From positions 60,923 through 124,922 of the forward strand of contig SUXH01000006.1 in the NCBI GenBank assembly GCA_015061055.1: DNA of 64,000 nucleotides. The letters are read 5' to 3'. Of this stretch, positions 30,402-41,745 are shown piece by piece; the first letter of the stretch is position 1; each line of letters starts with the position of its first letter. This DNA is from Bacteroidales bacterium. GTDB taxonomy: Bacteria; Bacteroidota; Bacteroidia; Bacteroidales; Muribaculaceae. The notes beneath the pieces are model-generated. The model saw only the letters and a list, made by a program, of their open reading frames with translations. It made no database searches and was not told the origin of the DNA. A program made the translations under genes and the position numbers.

Positions 30402-32153
30402 TTATAGTTCTGTTGTGATACCATCAGGTAATTTTGCTATACCATTCTTCAGAACGATGTATTGTGATGATTTTAAAACAATATCTTTATTTACAGGATT
30501 TTTTGCCTTGATATTATACTTTAAAATATCTAATTGTTCTAATTGATTGCTACCGCTTTTCTCCTCGATAGTGAGGGTGATGTGTGTTGTAGATTCTTCT
30601 CCGTTTTGTGAAGCATTGATAAATACTTTGTTGGCTTCTTGACCGGAAACAGAGATTTCATTAAGAATATTGCCGTAGCTATCGTATAATTCAACACTTG
30701 CTTCAAGGTCGACAGGAATAGTGGTGACTGCGTCACATTCAACAATTATTTTATTTGTAAGATCAGCAATATCATTGAGGTCACTATGTAAATCTGTTAC
30801 TTCATCGGTGTATTTGATAGATAGTTGTGAGAATGAGAATGGTACGTTTACTTTATAATTTCCCACAAGGTTGTAGCTATTCCCAAGCTCAAGCCCATTA
30901 TGACCGGTTCCATCGGCAGTGATTTTATCGGTTGAAATCTTATAAGAATCAGGAATTGTGGCAAGCAATTCGGGCAGATTTTCATTAACAATATTGATAG
31001 TGCCATATTCAACTGCATAAGGCTTGTTGGAAATGACATATTTTGTAGTAGCTTCCGACTTTAGAACATTATCACCTAAAAGAGGAATGCTGATAGTGTT
31101 GCCGATAGCTGAGTTTGTAGAGTTATCCCAAGGAGTGATGTTAATGGTTGTCCCCAATTCCATTCCAATTGGGTTGGTTAATGTAAATTCAAAGGTGATA
31201 TCATTAGGAGTGAAAGAAGATTCTTTGTCCTTGATGAAATCAGGAATATCGTTAAGCGATAGAGTTTCATTAATAGAAACTTCGGGAGAAACGATACCAT
31301 TCACTCTTGTGATAGAAGCAGGTTCGATAGAGTAATCAAAAGCAAAGTGCATCTTAGTATTCTGAATTTGAGAAGGAATAAGCTTAATTGTTGTTTTTGC
31401 TTCAAAGCTAATTTTCTCATGTAAGTAGAAATACTTTTTACCATTTGCGTCTATAATATATTTGCTTTGTTCTTCTTCGCTAATCTGTAAATCATGGATA
31501 TTAATAGGAATGTCCACTGAGAAATTATTAGCCGGATTAAGAGTTATGTTTGTTCTATTTAGTTCGTGAGTTCCATCTTGTAGTGTGAAAATCATAGGGA
31601 ATTTTATATGAACATCGTTCATACTAATCTCTGTGATACCATTAGTACCATTATCTGTACTTGGAACTGATATTGTTATGTGTGATATAGCTCCGTTACC
31701 ATTGTTAAATTCAGCAAAGAAAAGAGCTTCAACTTCTGAAGGCAATTCGGTTTTTGTTTCAGCAATTTCGTAAGTTGCTTTAGATTCAATAGTTACAGGC
31801 ATTTCTTGCTCAATAGGGATATTTACCATAGGAAGATTGTCAATAACGAAATCTGTAAATTGAGGGTTAAGACCATTAATGGAGAAAGGATCTACATCAG
31901 TAATGTGAGAGTCGAAAGAACCTTCGGTGTGAAGTTCGTATGTACCCTCATGGTTTGTAGATATGTCTTCTCCTTCTTCGATTATTCGATTTAAAGGAAT
32001 CTGAACTGTTTGTCCTACAGGAACTTGAAGGTTTTTACCTACGTTGATAGTAGTGTTGATGTCTTTGGAAAGGTCATATTCCTTATCACATGATGTAAGA
32101 AATATACAACCTGCAATACAACTCAAAAAGAGCAGTCGATTAATTTTTTTCAT
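30402..32153 (-). CDS. 583-aa lipoprotein, function unknown
   Basis: Start MKKINRLLFLSCIAGCIFLTSC (lipobox). It lies 32 nt upstream of the beta-barrel gene. Confidence 0.55.
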   Translation of the reverse strand: MKKINRLLFLSCIAGCIFLTSCDKEYDLSKDINTTINVGKNLQVPVGQTVQIPLNRIIEEGEDISTNHEGTYELHTEGSFDSHITDVDPFSINGLNPQFTDFVIDNLPMVNIPIEQEMPVTIESKATYEIAETKTELPSEVEALFFAEFNNGNGAISHITISVPSTDNGTNGITEISMNDVHIKFPMIFTLQDGTHELNRTNITLNPANNFSVDIPINIHDLQISEEEQSKYIIDANGKKYFYLHEKISFEAKTTIKLIPSQIQNTKMHFAFDYSIEPASITRVNGIVSPEVSINETLSLNDIPDFIKDKESSFTPNDITFEFTLTNPIGMELGTTINITPWDNSTNSAIGNTISIPLLGDNVLKSEATTKYVISNKPYAVEYGTINIVNENLPELLATIPDSYKISTDKITADGTGHNGLELGNSYNLVGNYKVNVPFSFSQLSIKYTDEVTDLHSDLNDIADLTNKIIVECDAVTTIPVDLEASVELYDSYGNILNEISVSGQEANKVFINASQNGEESTTHITLTIEEKSGSNQLEQLDILKYNIKAKNPVNKDIVLKSSQYIVLKNGIAKLPDGITTEL

Positions 32154-32291
32154 AATATACAATATATGTTATGTGATTAAATTCGATATATTGTGCAAAA
32201 ATAAGAAAAATTGTAAATAAAATAAAATTCTAACTAATAAGTCTTAAATTGTATGAGTCGTAGTTGAGAAAGAAGTATTGTAGAGCTGTGT

Positions 32292-32933
32292 CTATTTGTG
32301 ATTCTGAGAGTAGTGCTTGCAGAATGGTTTTAGACCGCAATTTAGACAGTCGGGTTTTCGAGCAGTACAGACATATCTACCATGAAGGATAAGCCAATGA
32401 TGTGCAGTGGCAATGAGTTCTTCGGGAAAGTGTTTAACTAATGTGCGTTCGGTTTCTATAGGTGTTTTTGAATTGTTGGTAAGTCCGATACGATTTGATA
32501 CGCGGAAAACGTGAGTGTCGACAGCCATTGCAGCTTGATTAAACACTACGGAAAGAATTACGTTGGCAGTTTTGCGCCCAACGCCCGGAATTTTAACAAG
32601 TTCGTCAATGCTCGAAGGAACTTCACCATTATAGCAATCTACAAGCATATTAGCCATTCCGAGTAATGATTTTGCTTTGTTGTTAGGGAACGTTACACTC
32701 TTGATGTAATGAAAAATATCGTCGATAGATGCTTTTGCTAAATCAAAGGGAGACGGATAAGCCTTGAATAGTGCAGGAGTGACCATATTTATTCGCTTGT
32801 CGGTACATTGAGCCGATAGAATAACAGCCACAAGTAGTTCGTATGGGTTGCTATAATGCAACTCGGTTTGTGGCGCCGGCATATTTTCTTTGAAATATTC
32901 TATAACTCCGTTGTAACGTTCTTTTATGGTCAT
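32292..32933 (-). CDS. nth: endonuclease III
   Basis: HhH motif PGVGRKTANV and Fe-S cluster motif CTARKPDCLNCGLKPFC. I prefer the internal start MTIKERYNG over the TTG at 33017. The coordinate is inferred from the track frame. Confidence 0.9.
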   Translation of the reverse strand: MTIKERYNGVIEYFKENMPAPQTELHYSNPYELLVAVILSAQCTDKRINMVTPALFKAYPSPFDLAKASIDDIFHYIKSVTFPNNKAKSLLGMANMLVDCYNGEVPSSIDELVKIPGVGRKTANVILSVVFNQAAMAVDTHVFRVSNRIGLTNNSKTPIETERTLVKHFPEELIATAHHWLILHGRYVCTARKPDCLNCGLKPFCKHYSQNHK

Positions 32934-33000
32934 AACAATTGTATTAAAAATTAAAAAAGAGGCTTCAGTGTGATACTTGAGAGCCCCTTTGATGATTTGG

Positions 33001-34023
33001 TTAGTGTGCTGATTCAAATTCTTCGAGGAATCGTACGTCGTTCTCTGAGAACATACGTAAGTCTTTTACTCGATATTTGAGGTTGGTGATACGCTCAATA
33101 CCCATACCAAGAGCATATCCGGTGTATTGTTTGCTGTCTATACCACAAGCTTCAAGAACATTAGGATCAACCATACCACAACCAAGAATTTCTACCCAAC
33201 CGGTATTCTTACAGAATGCACAGCCTTTACCACCACATAGGTTACAAGAAATATCCATTTCGGCAGATGGCTCAGTGAATGGGAAATAAGAAGGGCGAAG
33301 GCGGATTTGAGTTTCGGGTCCGAACATTTCACGAGCGAAGTATAGAAGTACTTGTTTCAAGTCGGTGAATGAAACATTCTTGTCGACATACAATGCCTCA
33401 ACTTGGTGGAAGAAGCAGTGTGCGCGATAAGATATGGCTTCGTTACGATACACACGTCCCGGACAGATGATACGTATAGGAGGTTGAGAGTTCTCCATTA
33501 CTCGGCTTTGTACCGAAGAAGTGTGTGTGCGAAGCAATACATCGGCAGGATTACGTTGAATGAAGAATGTGTCTTGCATATCGCGTGCCGGGTGATCATC
33601 AGCAAAGTTCATTGCTCCAAATACGTGCCAATCGTCTTCCACTTCGGGTCCTTCGGCAAGAGTAAAACCAAGACGAGAGAAAATGTTGATAATTTCTTCG
33701 CGTACAAGAGAAATAGGGTGGCGAGTTCCAAGAGGAGTCGGCGCAGCCGAACGAGTTAAATCGATAGTGTCGTCATCGTTCTTCTTTTCATCGAATGCTT
33801 CACGAAGTGCATTAATCTTGTCGGTTGCAAAAGTTTTTAGTACGTTAAGTTTTTGCCCTATTTCTTTCTTTTGTTCGTTTGGAACATTACGGAAATCATT
33901 GAAAAGTAAAGGAATTTCACCCTTCTTACTCAAATATTTAATGCGAAGTACTTCCAATTCTTCAGCATTGGCTACCTGCAATGATTCAATCTCAGCTGTG
34001 AGTTTCTCTATTTTTTCTAACAT
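33001..34023 (-). CDS. pheS: phenylalanine--tRNA ligase alpha subunit
   Basis: 340 aa; class II motifs FTEPSAE and GMGIERI. Confidence 0.95.
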   Translation of the reverse strand: MLEKIEKLTAEIESLQVANAEELEVLRIKYLSKKGEIPLLFNDFRNVPNEQKKEIGQKLNVLKTFATDKINALREAFDEKKNDDDTIDLTRSAAPTPLGTRHPISLVREEIINIFSRLGFTLAEGPEVEDDWHVFGAMNFADDHPARDMQDTFFIQRNPADVLLRTHTSSVQSRVMENSQPPIRIICPGRVYRNEAISYRAHCFFHQVEALYVDKNVSFTDLKQVLLYFAREMFGPETQIRLRPSYFPFTEPSAEMDISCNLCGGKGCAFCKNTGWVEILGCGMVDPNVLEACGIDSKQYTGYALGMGIERITNLKYRVKDLRMFSENDVRFLEEFESAH

Positions 34024-34085
34024 TGTTTATAGTCAAGTTAAATTTTTGTGCCACAAAGTTAAGAAAAAAATGTATCTTTGTCGTT

Positions 34086-35477
34086 ATGATTGCTTGGAAA
34101 ATTGAAGAAAAGGTTGCGGAATACGCAAAAGAACGTAATCTATGTACAAAAGGTGATAGAGTAATTGTGGCATTAAGCGGAGGAGCTGATTCTGTCGCTT
34201 TGCTACGTGTTTTACTCTCGATAGGCGTAGAGTGCAGTGCGCTACATTGTAATTTTGGTCTTCGAGGAGCTGAATCCAATCGTGATGAAGCTTTTGTGCG
34301 GAACCTGTGCAATCAATGGGGAGTTGCCCTAAAGGTGAAGCAATTTGATGTGGCAAGTTATGAGCGAGAGCATAAGGTATCGACCGAAATGGCTTGTAGA
34401 GAATTGCGTTATATGTGGTTTGAAGATGAAAGACGTGAGCAAGGAGTTAAGGCTATAGCTGTGGCACATCATTATGATGATAACGTAGAAACGTTTTTCT
34501 TAAATATGTTGCGAGGAACAGGTATTCAGGGATTGACAGGTATTCGAGCAAGGAATGGTTATGTGATACGTCCATTATTGTGTGTGTCGCGAGAAGAAAT
34601 TGAGGCTTATCTTAACGAAATCGCTCAGGATTATATGGTTGATAGTACAAACCTTGAAAATGATTTCAAACGAAACAAGATTCGTAATGTGTTGATACCT
34701 ACTTTAAATAAATTATTCCCCGAATATGCTGCCGGCGTGTCGCGAACTTTGCAAAACTTGCAAGGGTGCAATGAGTTTTATCAAAATGCTGTCGATGCGT
34801 TGCGAGCCAAAGCCGTTGAATATGAGGATGATAATGTAGTGAAAATCAAAACAGAACCTTTAAGAGAAATGAAATGTGGTCGTGAAACGGCAATTTTTGA
34901 ATTGATAAAAGGCTTTGGTTTTAATTCTTATACGGCTGAGCTGATAAATCGTGCAATTGATGATTCTCGGAATGTGGGTATTCAGTTTTTGAGTGATAGT
35001 TATTGCTTGACAATAGGGCGCGAAGAGTTGGAAGTGTTCCGAGTAGAAGATGAAGATTACACTGAGGTTAGAGTGAATTTGAATGATTTACTCCAAGCCG
35101 ATGATGATAGAGTGGGGTTTACAGCTTCGCTTGAATCGAAGAAAAAAGGCGAGAAACGAATAAATGGTATTGACGGGAAAAGAACGGTGGCTTTAAGCGT
35201 GAAAATTCTTGAAGAAAATCCCGAAATGATTATACGTCGGTGGTTAATCGGTGATTTTATCAGTCCATTTGGTATGAATGGGTCGAAGTTGCTAAGTGAC
35301 CTATTTGCAGATAATAAATACAGCGCATACCAGAAGCAAAAAGCGCGTATCCTTACGTTGGCAAATGATGAAATATTTGGCGATAGGACTGTGTTGTGGG
35401 TGATGAATCTTCGTGCGTCGCGCCATTATGCAGTGGGTGCTGATGATGAGAGTTATGTAAAATTGACGATGAAATAA
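34086..35477 (+). CDS. tilS: tRNA(Ile)-lysidine synthetase
   Basis: PP-loop SGGADS. I prefer the ATG at 34086 (MIAWKIEEK...). Confidence 0.9.
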   Translation: MIAWKIEEKVAEYAKERNLCTKGDRVIVALSGGADSVALLRVLLSIGVECSALHCNFGLRGAESNRDEAFVRNLCNQWGVALKVKQFDVASYEREHKVSTEMACRELRYMWFEDERREQGVKAIAVAHHYDDNVETFFLNMLRGTGIQGLTGIRARNGYVIRPLLCVSREEIEAYLNEIAQDYMVDSTNLENDFKRNKIRNVLIPTLNKLFPEYAAGVSRTLQNLQGCNEFYQNAVDALRAKAVEYEDDNVVKIKTEPLREMKCGRETAIFELIKGFGFNSYTAELINRAIDDSRNVGIQFLSDSYCLTIGREELEVFRVEDEDYTEVRVNLNDLLQADDDRVGFTASLESKKKGEKRINGIDGKRTVALSVKILEENPEMIIRRWLIGDFISPFGMNGSKLLSDLFADNKYSAYQKQKARILTLANDEIFGDRTVLWVMNLRASRHYAVGADDESYVKLTMK

Positions 35478-35551
35478 CGACGATTACAGATGATTTTGAC
35501 GATAAGATGAGAACTTTTGTAAGAAGTGTTTGTTTTTAATAAAAAATGTAG

Positions 35552-35559
35552 TAAATTTG
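35552..35559 (+). promoter_or_regulatory. Bacteroides-type -7 box (TAaaTTTG) upstream of rho
   Basis: taaatttg. It implies a ~270-nt AT-rich 5' leader before ATG 35838. Confidence 0.35.
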
Positions 35560-35837
35560 TCGTCGATATTCAAGATAATATGTTTCTTTAGCAAGCGAAA
35601 AAAGAAACTTTCCAATTTCTAAAAACTATTTTTTATTAGCTGATTTTTGAAGTATTAAAAATCGAAATCAATGTATGACATACTTGTTTTGTATCCAAAA
35701 AGTGTGTTAAGGTATTAATAAAAGTAGTTTTTCAATTATTCGACTAAATAAGATTAGAGATTGCATTACATTAGCGAAATTGTGTCGACTAATATTGTAA
35801 TTGTATCTCAATTAAATAGAATTTCATAAAATTTTAT

Positions 35838-37787
35838 ATGTATAAATTAGAGGATTTAAATCTAAAAGAAGAATCAGAACTTCAATCTATCGCTGAGTCG
35901 TTGGAATTAAAGAGAACATCATCGATGGACAAAGAATCGTTGATATACGCAATTCTTGACAAACAAGCAGAAGTGGGCTCGAAAACATTGTCAGCAAAAG
36001 GTGGTGAAAAGAAAAAACGCACCAAGAAGAATGTTGACAAACCGAAGGATGACAAGCAAGCTGATGCGAAGAAGGAAGATAAAACGGTTCAAACAGAAAA
36101 TGAGGATAAAGAATCAGTGTCTACGGAAATAGTTGAAACCACAGAAACAAAGCCTAAAAAGAGTAAGAAGAAAAAGACGGCTACTGTAGAACCTGAATCT
36201 CCACAGCCTAATAAAGATAATAAGGTGGAAACTGCAACTGAAGATAAACTTGATAAAGAGAAAGAAGTTGGAGAGAAGGAACCTGTTGTAATAGATAATA
36301 GTCCTGTTATTGCTGAATCACAATCGGAAAAAGATGTTGAAAAGCAAAAGGAGAATGAAAAAGAAAATGATAAAGAGGCTAAGAAGCCCGAAATTTCATT
36401 AGGCTCGTTCTTTAACACTTTTGAACGACAAACATTTAAACCTCGTAGTAAAGAAGAACGTGAAGAGGCTGAAAGAATCGCTGCAGAAAAAGCCGCTCAG
36501 TCAACTATAATTATTAAAGAACCGACTCCACAGCCTGAACCTCAAGTTCCGCTTCAGCAACAACAGTCTCAGCAACAAGGTAAAAGCAAAAAGAAAAAAC
36601 AAAAACAACAGCAACAACAAGAACAAAAGAAACAAGAACAACCTATAGCTCAGCAAGAAGCATTCAGTTTTGACGGAATATTAAAAGGCGTAGGAGTACT
36701 TGAAGTGATGCCTGATGGTTATGGATTCTTGCGTTCGAGTGATTATAACTATCTAAATTCGCCAGATGATATTTATGTATCTCAAGCTCAAATCAAGAAT
36801 AATGGTTTGAAGACAGGCGATGTGGTGGAAGGTTTTATTCGCCCACCAAAGGAAGGCGAAAAATATTTCCCTCTAAGTAGAATAGAGAGTGTAAATGGCA
36901 GAACAATTGATTTTATACGTGATCGTATTCCATTTGAGCACCTCGTTCCACTTTTCCCAGAAGATAAATTTGACCTTACAAGTGGTAAAACTTGTAATAT
37001 CTCAACTCGCGTGGTGGATATGTTTTCGCCAATAGGAAAAGGACAGCGCGGACTTATCGTGGCACCTCCTAAGACAGGTAAAACTGTTCTGTTGAAAGAT
37101 ATTGCAAATGCAATTGCTGAAAATCATCCGGAAACGTATATGATGATTCTTCTAATCGATGAACGCCCTGAGGAAGTAACCGATATGGCACGCAGTGTGA
37201 ATGCAGAAGTAATTGCGTCAACATTTGATGAACCGGCTGAACGCCATGTGAAGATTGCAGGGCTTGTGCTTGAAAAGGCGAAGAGAATGGTAGAGTGTGG
37301 GCATGATGTTGTGATTCTGTTAGATTCGATTACTCGTCTTGCACGTGCTTATAATACAGTGTCTCCTGCATCGGGTAAAATATTGTCGGGTGGGGTGGAT
37401 GCAAATGCTCTACAACGTCCAAAACGATTCTTTGGAGCTGCTCGTAATATTGAAAATGGTGGTAGCTTGACAATTATTGCAACTGCACTTATCGAAACCG
37501 GATCTAAGATGGACGAAGTGATATTTGAGGAATTTAAAGGAACCGGTAATATGGAATTGCAACTTGATCGTAAATTGTCGAATAAACGTATATTCCCGGC
37601 TGTGGATATTATTTCGTCAAGTACTCGTCGCGACGACTTGTTGTTAAACCAAGAAACATTGAACCGTATGTGGATTATGCGTAGGTTCTTGGGCGATCGC
37701 ACATCAATAGAAGCTATGGAATTCATCAAGGATAGAATGGAACGCACTCGTTCGAATGAAGAATTGCTTCTTTCGATGAATGACTAA
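35838..37787 (+). CDS. rho: transcription termination factor Rho with a ~250-aa low-complexity N-terminal insertion
   Basis: Walker A PPKTGKT, and a Rho RNA-binding and ATPase core from about aa 290. Residues ~45-290 are K/E/Q-rich. Confidence 0.95.
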   Translation: MYKLEDLNLKEESELQSIAESLELKRTSSMDKESLIYAILDKQAEVGSKTLSAKGGEKKKRTKKNVDKPKDDKQADAKKEDKTVQTENEDKESVSTEIVETTETKPKKSKKKKTATVEPESPQPNKDNKVETATEDKLDKEKEVGEKEPVVIDNSPVIAESQSEKDVEKQKENEKENDKEAKKPEISLGSFFNTFERQTFKPRSKEEREEAERIAAEKAAQSTIIIKEPTPQPEPQVPLQQQQSQQQGKSKKKKQKQQQQQEQKKQEQPIAQQEAFSFDGILKGVGVLEVMPDGYGFLRSSDYNYLNSPDDIYVSQAQIKNNGLKTGDVVEGFIRPPKEGEKYFPLSRIESVNGRTIDFIRDRIPFEHLVPLFPEDKFDLTSGKTCNISTRVVDMFSPIGKGQRGLIVAPPKTGKTVLLKDIANAIAENHPETYMMILLIDERPEEVTDMARSVNAEVIASTFDEPAERHVKIAGLVLEKAKRMVECGHDVVILLDSITRLARAYNTVSPASGKILSGGVDANALQRPKRFFGAARNIENGGSLTIIATALIETGSKMDEVIFEEFKGTGNMELQLDRKLSNKRIFPAVDIISSSTRRDDLLLNQETLNRMWIMRRFLGDRTSIEAMEFIKDRMERTRSNEELLLSMND

Positions 37788-37807
37788 GAATCAATAAATA
37801 CTCAATA

Positions 37808-37852
37808 AAAACAGATTGTCGGGATTAGATTCCTAACAATCTGTTTCTTTTT
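37808..37852 (+). terminator. intrinsic terminator of rho
   Basis: aaacagattgt ... acaatctgttt followed by cttttt. Confidence 0.75.
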
Positions 37853-37869
37853 ATAATAAGGTTGGATTA

Positions 37870-38622
37870 TCATCGATTTTTCCACACAGCATTGTTGATG
37901 GTCTTAGCAGTCTTGATGTCAATCTTGCCATGATATTTCTTTGCATCGGCTTTCTTGTTGTAAATATGGGAGAATATTACGCTTGTAGCAAGATAAGAAC
38001 CATTGTAACCAGGATGGGAACCGTCTTTGCCATATAGGTAGATTTCAGGGTGCTTGTTGCGCATATAAGACCATACTTTGCCCACATCAACAACTCCGTC
38101 GGCATTGAATATGTGAGCCATGGCACGAGTTCCTTTGTCGAGAGCATACTGCATAGATTGGTAACTTGTGAATATTTCAGGATATTTTGTGTAGTAGTCC
38201 TTTTTTTTAAAGCCGTCGTTGCCATGTTCTCGTCCCCAAGTGATTTGAAGGAGGACTTTTGCAGTTGGATTATGCTTTTTTACATAATTAATCATATTCA
38301 TCATTTCTTCCATAATAGGCATCCCGTCAGGAGTGCCTACCAATGCTGGTTGAACGCTCTGACTTTGCAGAATAATATAGTCATATCCTCCTTTTTCGAC
38401 AAGAGAGTTGCATTCGGCATTGTTTATGTGGTATTTCATTGTAGCACCCCCTTTTGTGAACTTAGTGATTTCAGGGGTAAAGCCATGCGCTCTAGCCATA
38501 GAGTCCATCATAGCAGGGGTGTCGTTGAGATATGTATAACTATTTCCAATGTAAAGGATTTTTTGCGCTTGAGAGTATCCTATAATAAAAAACAAGCAGA
38601 AAAAAGTAATATAGGCTTTCAT
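37870..38622 (-). CDS. secreted SGNH/GDSL-like hydrolase family protein
   Basis: Signal peptide followed by ILYIGNSYT (a GDS-like block I). Confidence 0.55.
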   Translation of the reverse strand: MKAYITFFCLFFIIGYSQAQKILYIGNSYTYLNDTPAMMDSMARAHGFTPEITKFTKGGATMKYHINNAECNSLVEKGGYDYIILQSQSVQPALVGTPDGMPIMEEMMNMINYVKKHNPTAKVLLQITWGREHGNDGFKKKDYYTKYPEIFTSYQSMQYALDKGTRAMAHIFNADGVVDVGKVWSYMRNKHPEIYLYGKDGSHPGYNGSYLATSVIFSHIYNKKADAKKYHGKIDIKTAKTINNAVWKNR

Positions 38623-38734
38623 TATTGTATTAATATTGGTTTAATGATACAAAGTTAGTGTTTTTGATTGCTGTTTTGGCTGTTTTACGGAAAAAGTTCT
38701 TAATTTTGTAGTTAAATAAAGCATTAAAACACTC

Positions 38735-39238
38735 ATGGCAGGAATTAGCAAAACAAATGTTGCTCGACTACTTGATAAAGCAAAGATTGCTTATGAACTT
38801 ATTCCATACGTGGTGGATGAGAACGATCTTGCAGCAACACATATAGCAGAGCAACTTAAAGAGGATATTAAGCAAGTGTTCAAGACTCTTGTGTTGAAAG
38901 GCGATAAGAATGGTCATTTTGTGTGCGTGATTCCAGGCGATGAAGAGGTGAATCTAAAAAAGGTAGCCAAGGTGAGTGGTAATAAGAAGGCAGACCTTAT
39001 TGCGATGAAGGATTTGCTACCAACAACGGGCTATATAAGAGGAGGTTGTTCGCCGGTGGGTATGAAGAAGCCTTTCCCAACTTTTTTTGATGAATCGTGT
39101 GAGAAGTTTGAATATATATATGTGAGTGCCGGTGTGCGTGGACTGCAATTAAAGATTAATCCTAAAGACTTGGTGAATTATGTAAAAGCCAGTATTGCAT
39201 TGCTTACCGATAGCTTGGAAAGTCAAAATGAGAAATGA
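38735..39238 (+). CDS. ybaK: Cys-tRNA(Pro)/Cys-tRNA(Cys) deacylase YbaK
   Basis: 167 aa, YbaK/EbsC pattern (KTLV.K, GGCSPVG). A TAatTTTG box lies at 38701-38708. Confidence 0.8.
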   Translation: MAGISKTNVARLLDKAKIAYELIPYVVDENDLAATHIAEQLKEDIKQVFKTLVLKGDKNGHFVCVIPGDEEVNLKKVAKVSGNKKADLIAMKDLLPTTGYIRGGCSPVGMKKPFPTFFDESCEKFEYIYVSAGVRGLQLKINPKDLVNYVKASIALLTDSLESQNEK

Positions 39239-40320
39239 ATGTGATGAGGAATAGATTTGGAAATGTATTCAGTCTCACCAGTTTCGGTGAATCGCATGGT
39301 GTTGCGCTTGGTGGAGTGATTGATGGTATGCCTGCAGGGATAAAGATTGATCTTGATAGAGTGCAACAAGAACTTGATCGTCGTCGTCCGGGACAATCAT
39401 CAATAGTTACCGCACGCAACGAGAAAGATGAAGTGAAAGTGTTGTCCGGTATATTTAACGGAGTAACGACAGGCACTTCAATAGGTTTTATTATCGAGAA
39501 CACAAATCAGCATTCCAATGATTATTCAAATATAAAAGATGCATATCGTCCGTCGCACGCCGATTATACATATTCATCAAAATATGGAGTGCGTGATTAT
39601 CGTGGAGGAGGGCGTTCGTCGGCTCGTGAAACAGCAGTACGTGTTGTAGCAGGAGCATTTGCTCGTCAAGTGTTGGAGCAATTAGGTATCGAAATATATG
39701 CTTATACTTCTCGAGTGGGCGATATTGCCCTCGAAAAAGATTACAGATTGTATGACAAAACTGATATCGAAACCAATATTGTGAGATGTCCCGATGCTGA
39801 AAAAGCTCAGCAGATGATAGACTTAATATCGGCAGTAAAGGCAGAGGGCGACACTATTGGAGGTGTGATTACGTGTGTTGTGAAAGGAGTTCCTGTGGGA
39901 CTTGGTGAACCTGTGTTTGGTAAGTTGCATGCGCAACTTGGTTCAGCTATGTTGAGCATAAATGCAGTGAAGGGGTTTGAATATGGTCTTGGTTTTGATT
40001 TTGCAGCAAAACGTGGAAGTGAAGTAAATGATGAATTTGTGTGCAGTGATGGTAAGATGTCGACTATAACAAATAACTCGGGTGGTATTCAAGGTGGAAT
40101 TTCCAACGGTGAAGATATTTATTTCAGAGTGGCATTTAAACCGGTTGCTACATTGCTTCGTGATATGAAAACAGTGGATGTAAATGGAGAAAACATAACA
40201 TTGCACGCCAAGGGACGACATGACCCATGTGTATTACCTCGTGCGGTGCCAATAGTGGAAGCTATGGCAGCTATTGTAATACTGGACAATTACTTGATAA
40301 ATAAAACCACCAAATTGTGA
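39235..40320 (+). CDS. aroC: chorismate synthase
   Basis: FGESHG and RPGQS motifs. It overlaps the ybaK stop. The real start may be the ATG at 39244. Confidence 0.95.
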   Translation: MNVMRNRFGNVFSLTSFGESHGVALGGVIDGMPAGIKIDLDRVQQELDRRRPGQSSIVTARNEKDEVKVLSGIFNGVTTGTSIGFIIENTNQHSNDYSNIKDAYRPSHADYTYSSKYGVRDYRGGGRSSARETAVRVVAGAFARQVLEQLGIEIYAYTSRVGDIALEKDYRLYDKTDIETNIVRCPDAEKAQQMIDLISAVKAEGDTIGGVITCVVKGVPVGLGEPVFGKLHAQLGSAMLSINAVKGFEYGLGFDFAAKRGSEVNDEFVCSDGKMSTITNNSGGIQGGISNGEDIYFRVAFKPVATLLRDMKTVDVNGENITLHAKGRHDPCVLPRAVPIVEAMAAIVILDNYLINKTTKL

Positions 40321-41246
40321 GTATAGAAAAAGGTTATTACGACTTTGCAGAGTTTTTGGCAAAGCATTTCTCTTATAAAGTTCAAAAAATATCTATAAAT
40401 GCAGGTTTTTCTTGTCCTAACCGTGATGGCAGTAAGGGTAAGGGAGGTTGCACTTATTGTAATAACCAAACATTTAATCCGGATTATTGTCGTCCTGTGA
40501 TGAGTGTAACAGAGCAACTCAATCAAGGAAAACAATTCTTTGCACGCAAGTATCCGCAAATGAAATATCTTGCGTATTTTCAAGCATATACAAACACATA
40601 TGGTGAACTTGAACATTTGAAATCACTCTATGAAGAAGCGTTGAGGGTTGAAGATGTTGTAGGAGTTGTGATAGGAACTCGTCCTGATTGTATGCCTGAA
40701 GAGTTGTTGCAATATCTGCAAGAATTGAGCAAAAAGGTGTTTGTCTTAATTGAATATGGCGTAGAAACATCAAACAACGAAACACTAATCACCATTAATC
40801 GAGGTCATACGTGGGAAGATGCAGTAGATGCTGTGATGCGTACAAAAGCACATAATATCCTATGTGGAATTCATTTGATAATAGGGTTGCCCGGAGAAAC
40901 AATTGATGATATACTTGCTACAGCCGATGCAGTGTCGTCATTGCCTATTGATACGGTGAAATTGCATCAGTTGCAACTGATACGCGGTACACGACTTGCT
41001 CAGCAGGTTGCTGTTGGAGAGTTTAATATCCTGCATTGGAGCGCGGAAGAATATATTGATGTATGTTTGAAATTTTTGCGAAGACTCTCACAAAATATTG
41101 CTGTGGAACGATTTGTGTCGCAATCGCCGGCAGAGTTGCTCATTTCTCCAAAATGGGGGCTAAAGAATTATGAATTCACCAATTTGTTGATGAATAAAAT
41201 ACGAATTACGGGCACACGCCAAGGGTGTGACCGGATTAATAAATGA
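40317..41246 (+). CDS. TIGR01212-type radical SAM protein
   Basis: [16 protein letters not shown] cluster. The GTG start overlaps the aroC stop. Confidence 0.75.
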   Translation: MSIEKGYYDFAEFLAKHFSYKVQKISINAGFSCPNRDGSKGKGGCTYCNNQTFNPDYCRPVMSVTEQLNQGKQFFARKYPQMKYLAYFQAYTNTYGELEHLKSLYEEALRVEDVVGVVIGTRPDCMPEELLQYLQELSKKVFVLIEYGVETSNNETLITINRGHTWEDAVDAVMRTKAHNILCGIHLIIGLPGETIDDILATADAVSSLPIDTVKLHQLQLIRGTRLAQQVAVGEFNILHWSAEEYIDVCLKFLRRLSQNIAVERFVSQSPAELLISPKWGLKNYEFTNLLMNKIRITGTRQGCDRINK

Positions 41247-41733
41247 TTTTATCTGCTTTAGAAGCCCAAGCTTGGAAAGCAAGTGGAGCATCTGAGTGTT
41301 GCATATGAATGCAAGGGATGTGTCTGTCTTCGGGTGCTAATTCAATTTCATCGTAAATAAAACTGTCATCGAAGTTTATTGCAGCAGCGTCGGCTTTAGT
41401 ATTGCAATAAATAATTTTTTTTACACCTGCCCAATATAAAGCACTAAGACACATAGGGCATGGTTCGCACGAGCAATATACAATACAATCGTTTAGCTTG
41501 AAGTTCCGGAGTTTCTTACAAGCAGAACGTATTGCATTGATTTCGGCATGGGCTGTGGGATCATTGTGTAAGGTTACAGTGTTGGTCCCGGTAGCAATAA
41601 TGTTGTTATCTTTTACAATTACAGCGCCAAAAGGTCCACCACCATTGGCGATGTTATCAAATGCAAGGTTGCAAGCTAATTTTACAAACTGCATATCGAT
41701 ATCGGTAATTTTTTTGTTTTGATATGTTGTCAT
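41236..41733 (-). CDS. CMP/dCMP-type zinc deaminase (guanine deaminase-like nucleoside deaminase)
   Basis: HAE ... CEPCPMC zinc motif; 165 aa. Confidence 0.75.
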   Translation of the reverse strand: MTTYQNKKITDIDMQFVKLACNLAFDNIANGGGPFGAVIVKDNNIIATGTNTVTLHNDPTAHAEINAIRSACKKLRNFKLNDCIVYCSCEPCPMCLSALYWAGVKKIIYCNTKADAAAINFDDSFIYDEIELAPEDRHIPCIHMQHSDAPLAFQAWASKADKIIY

Positions 41734-41745
41734 AGTATTATAGTG

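Noticed and set aside
36089-36418. 109-aa Ser-rich ORF antisense to rho
   Set aside because: It is the mirror image of the K/E-rich low-complexity coding region of rho, so it is not an independent gene.
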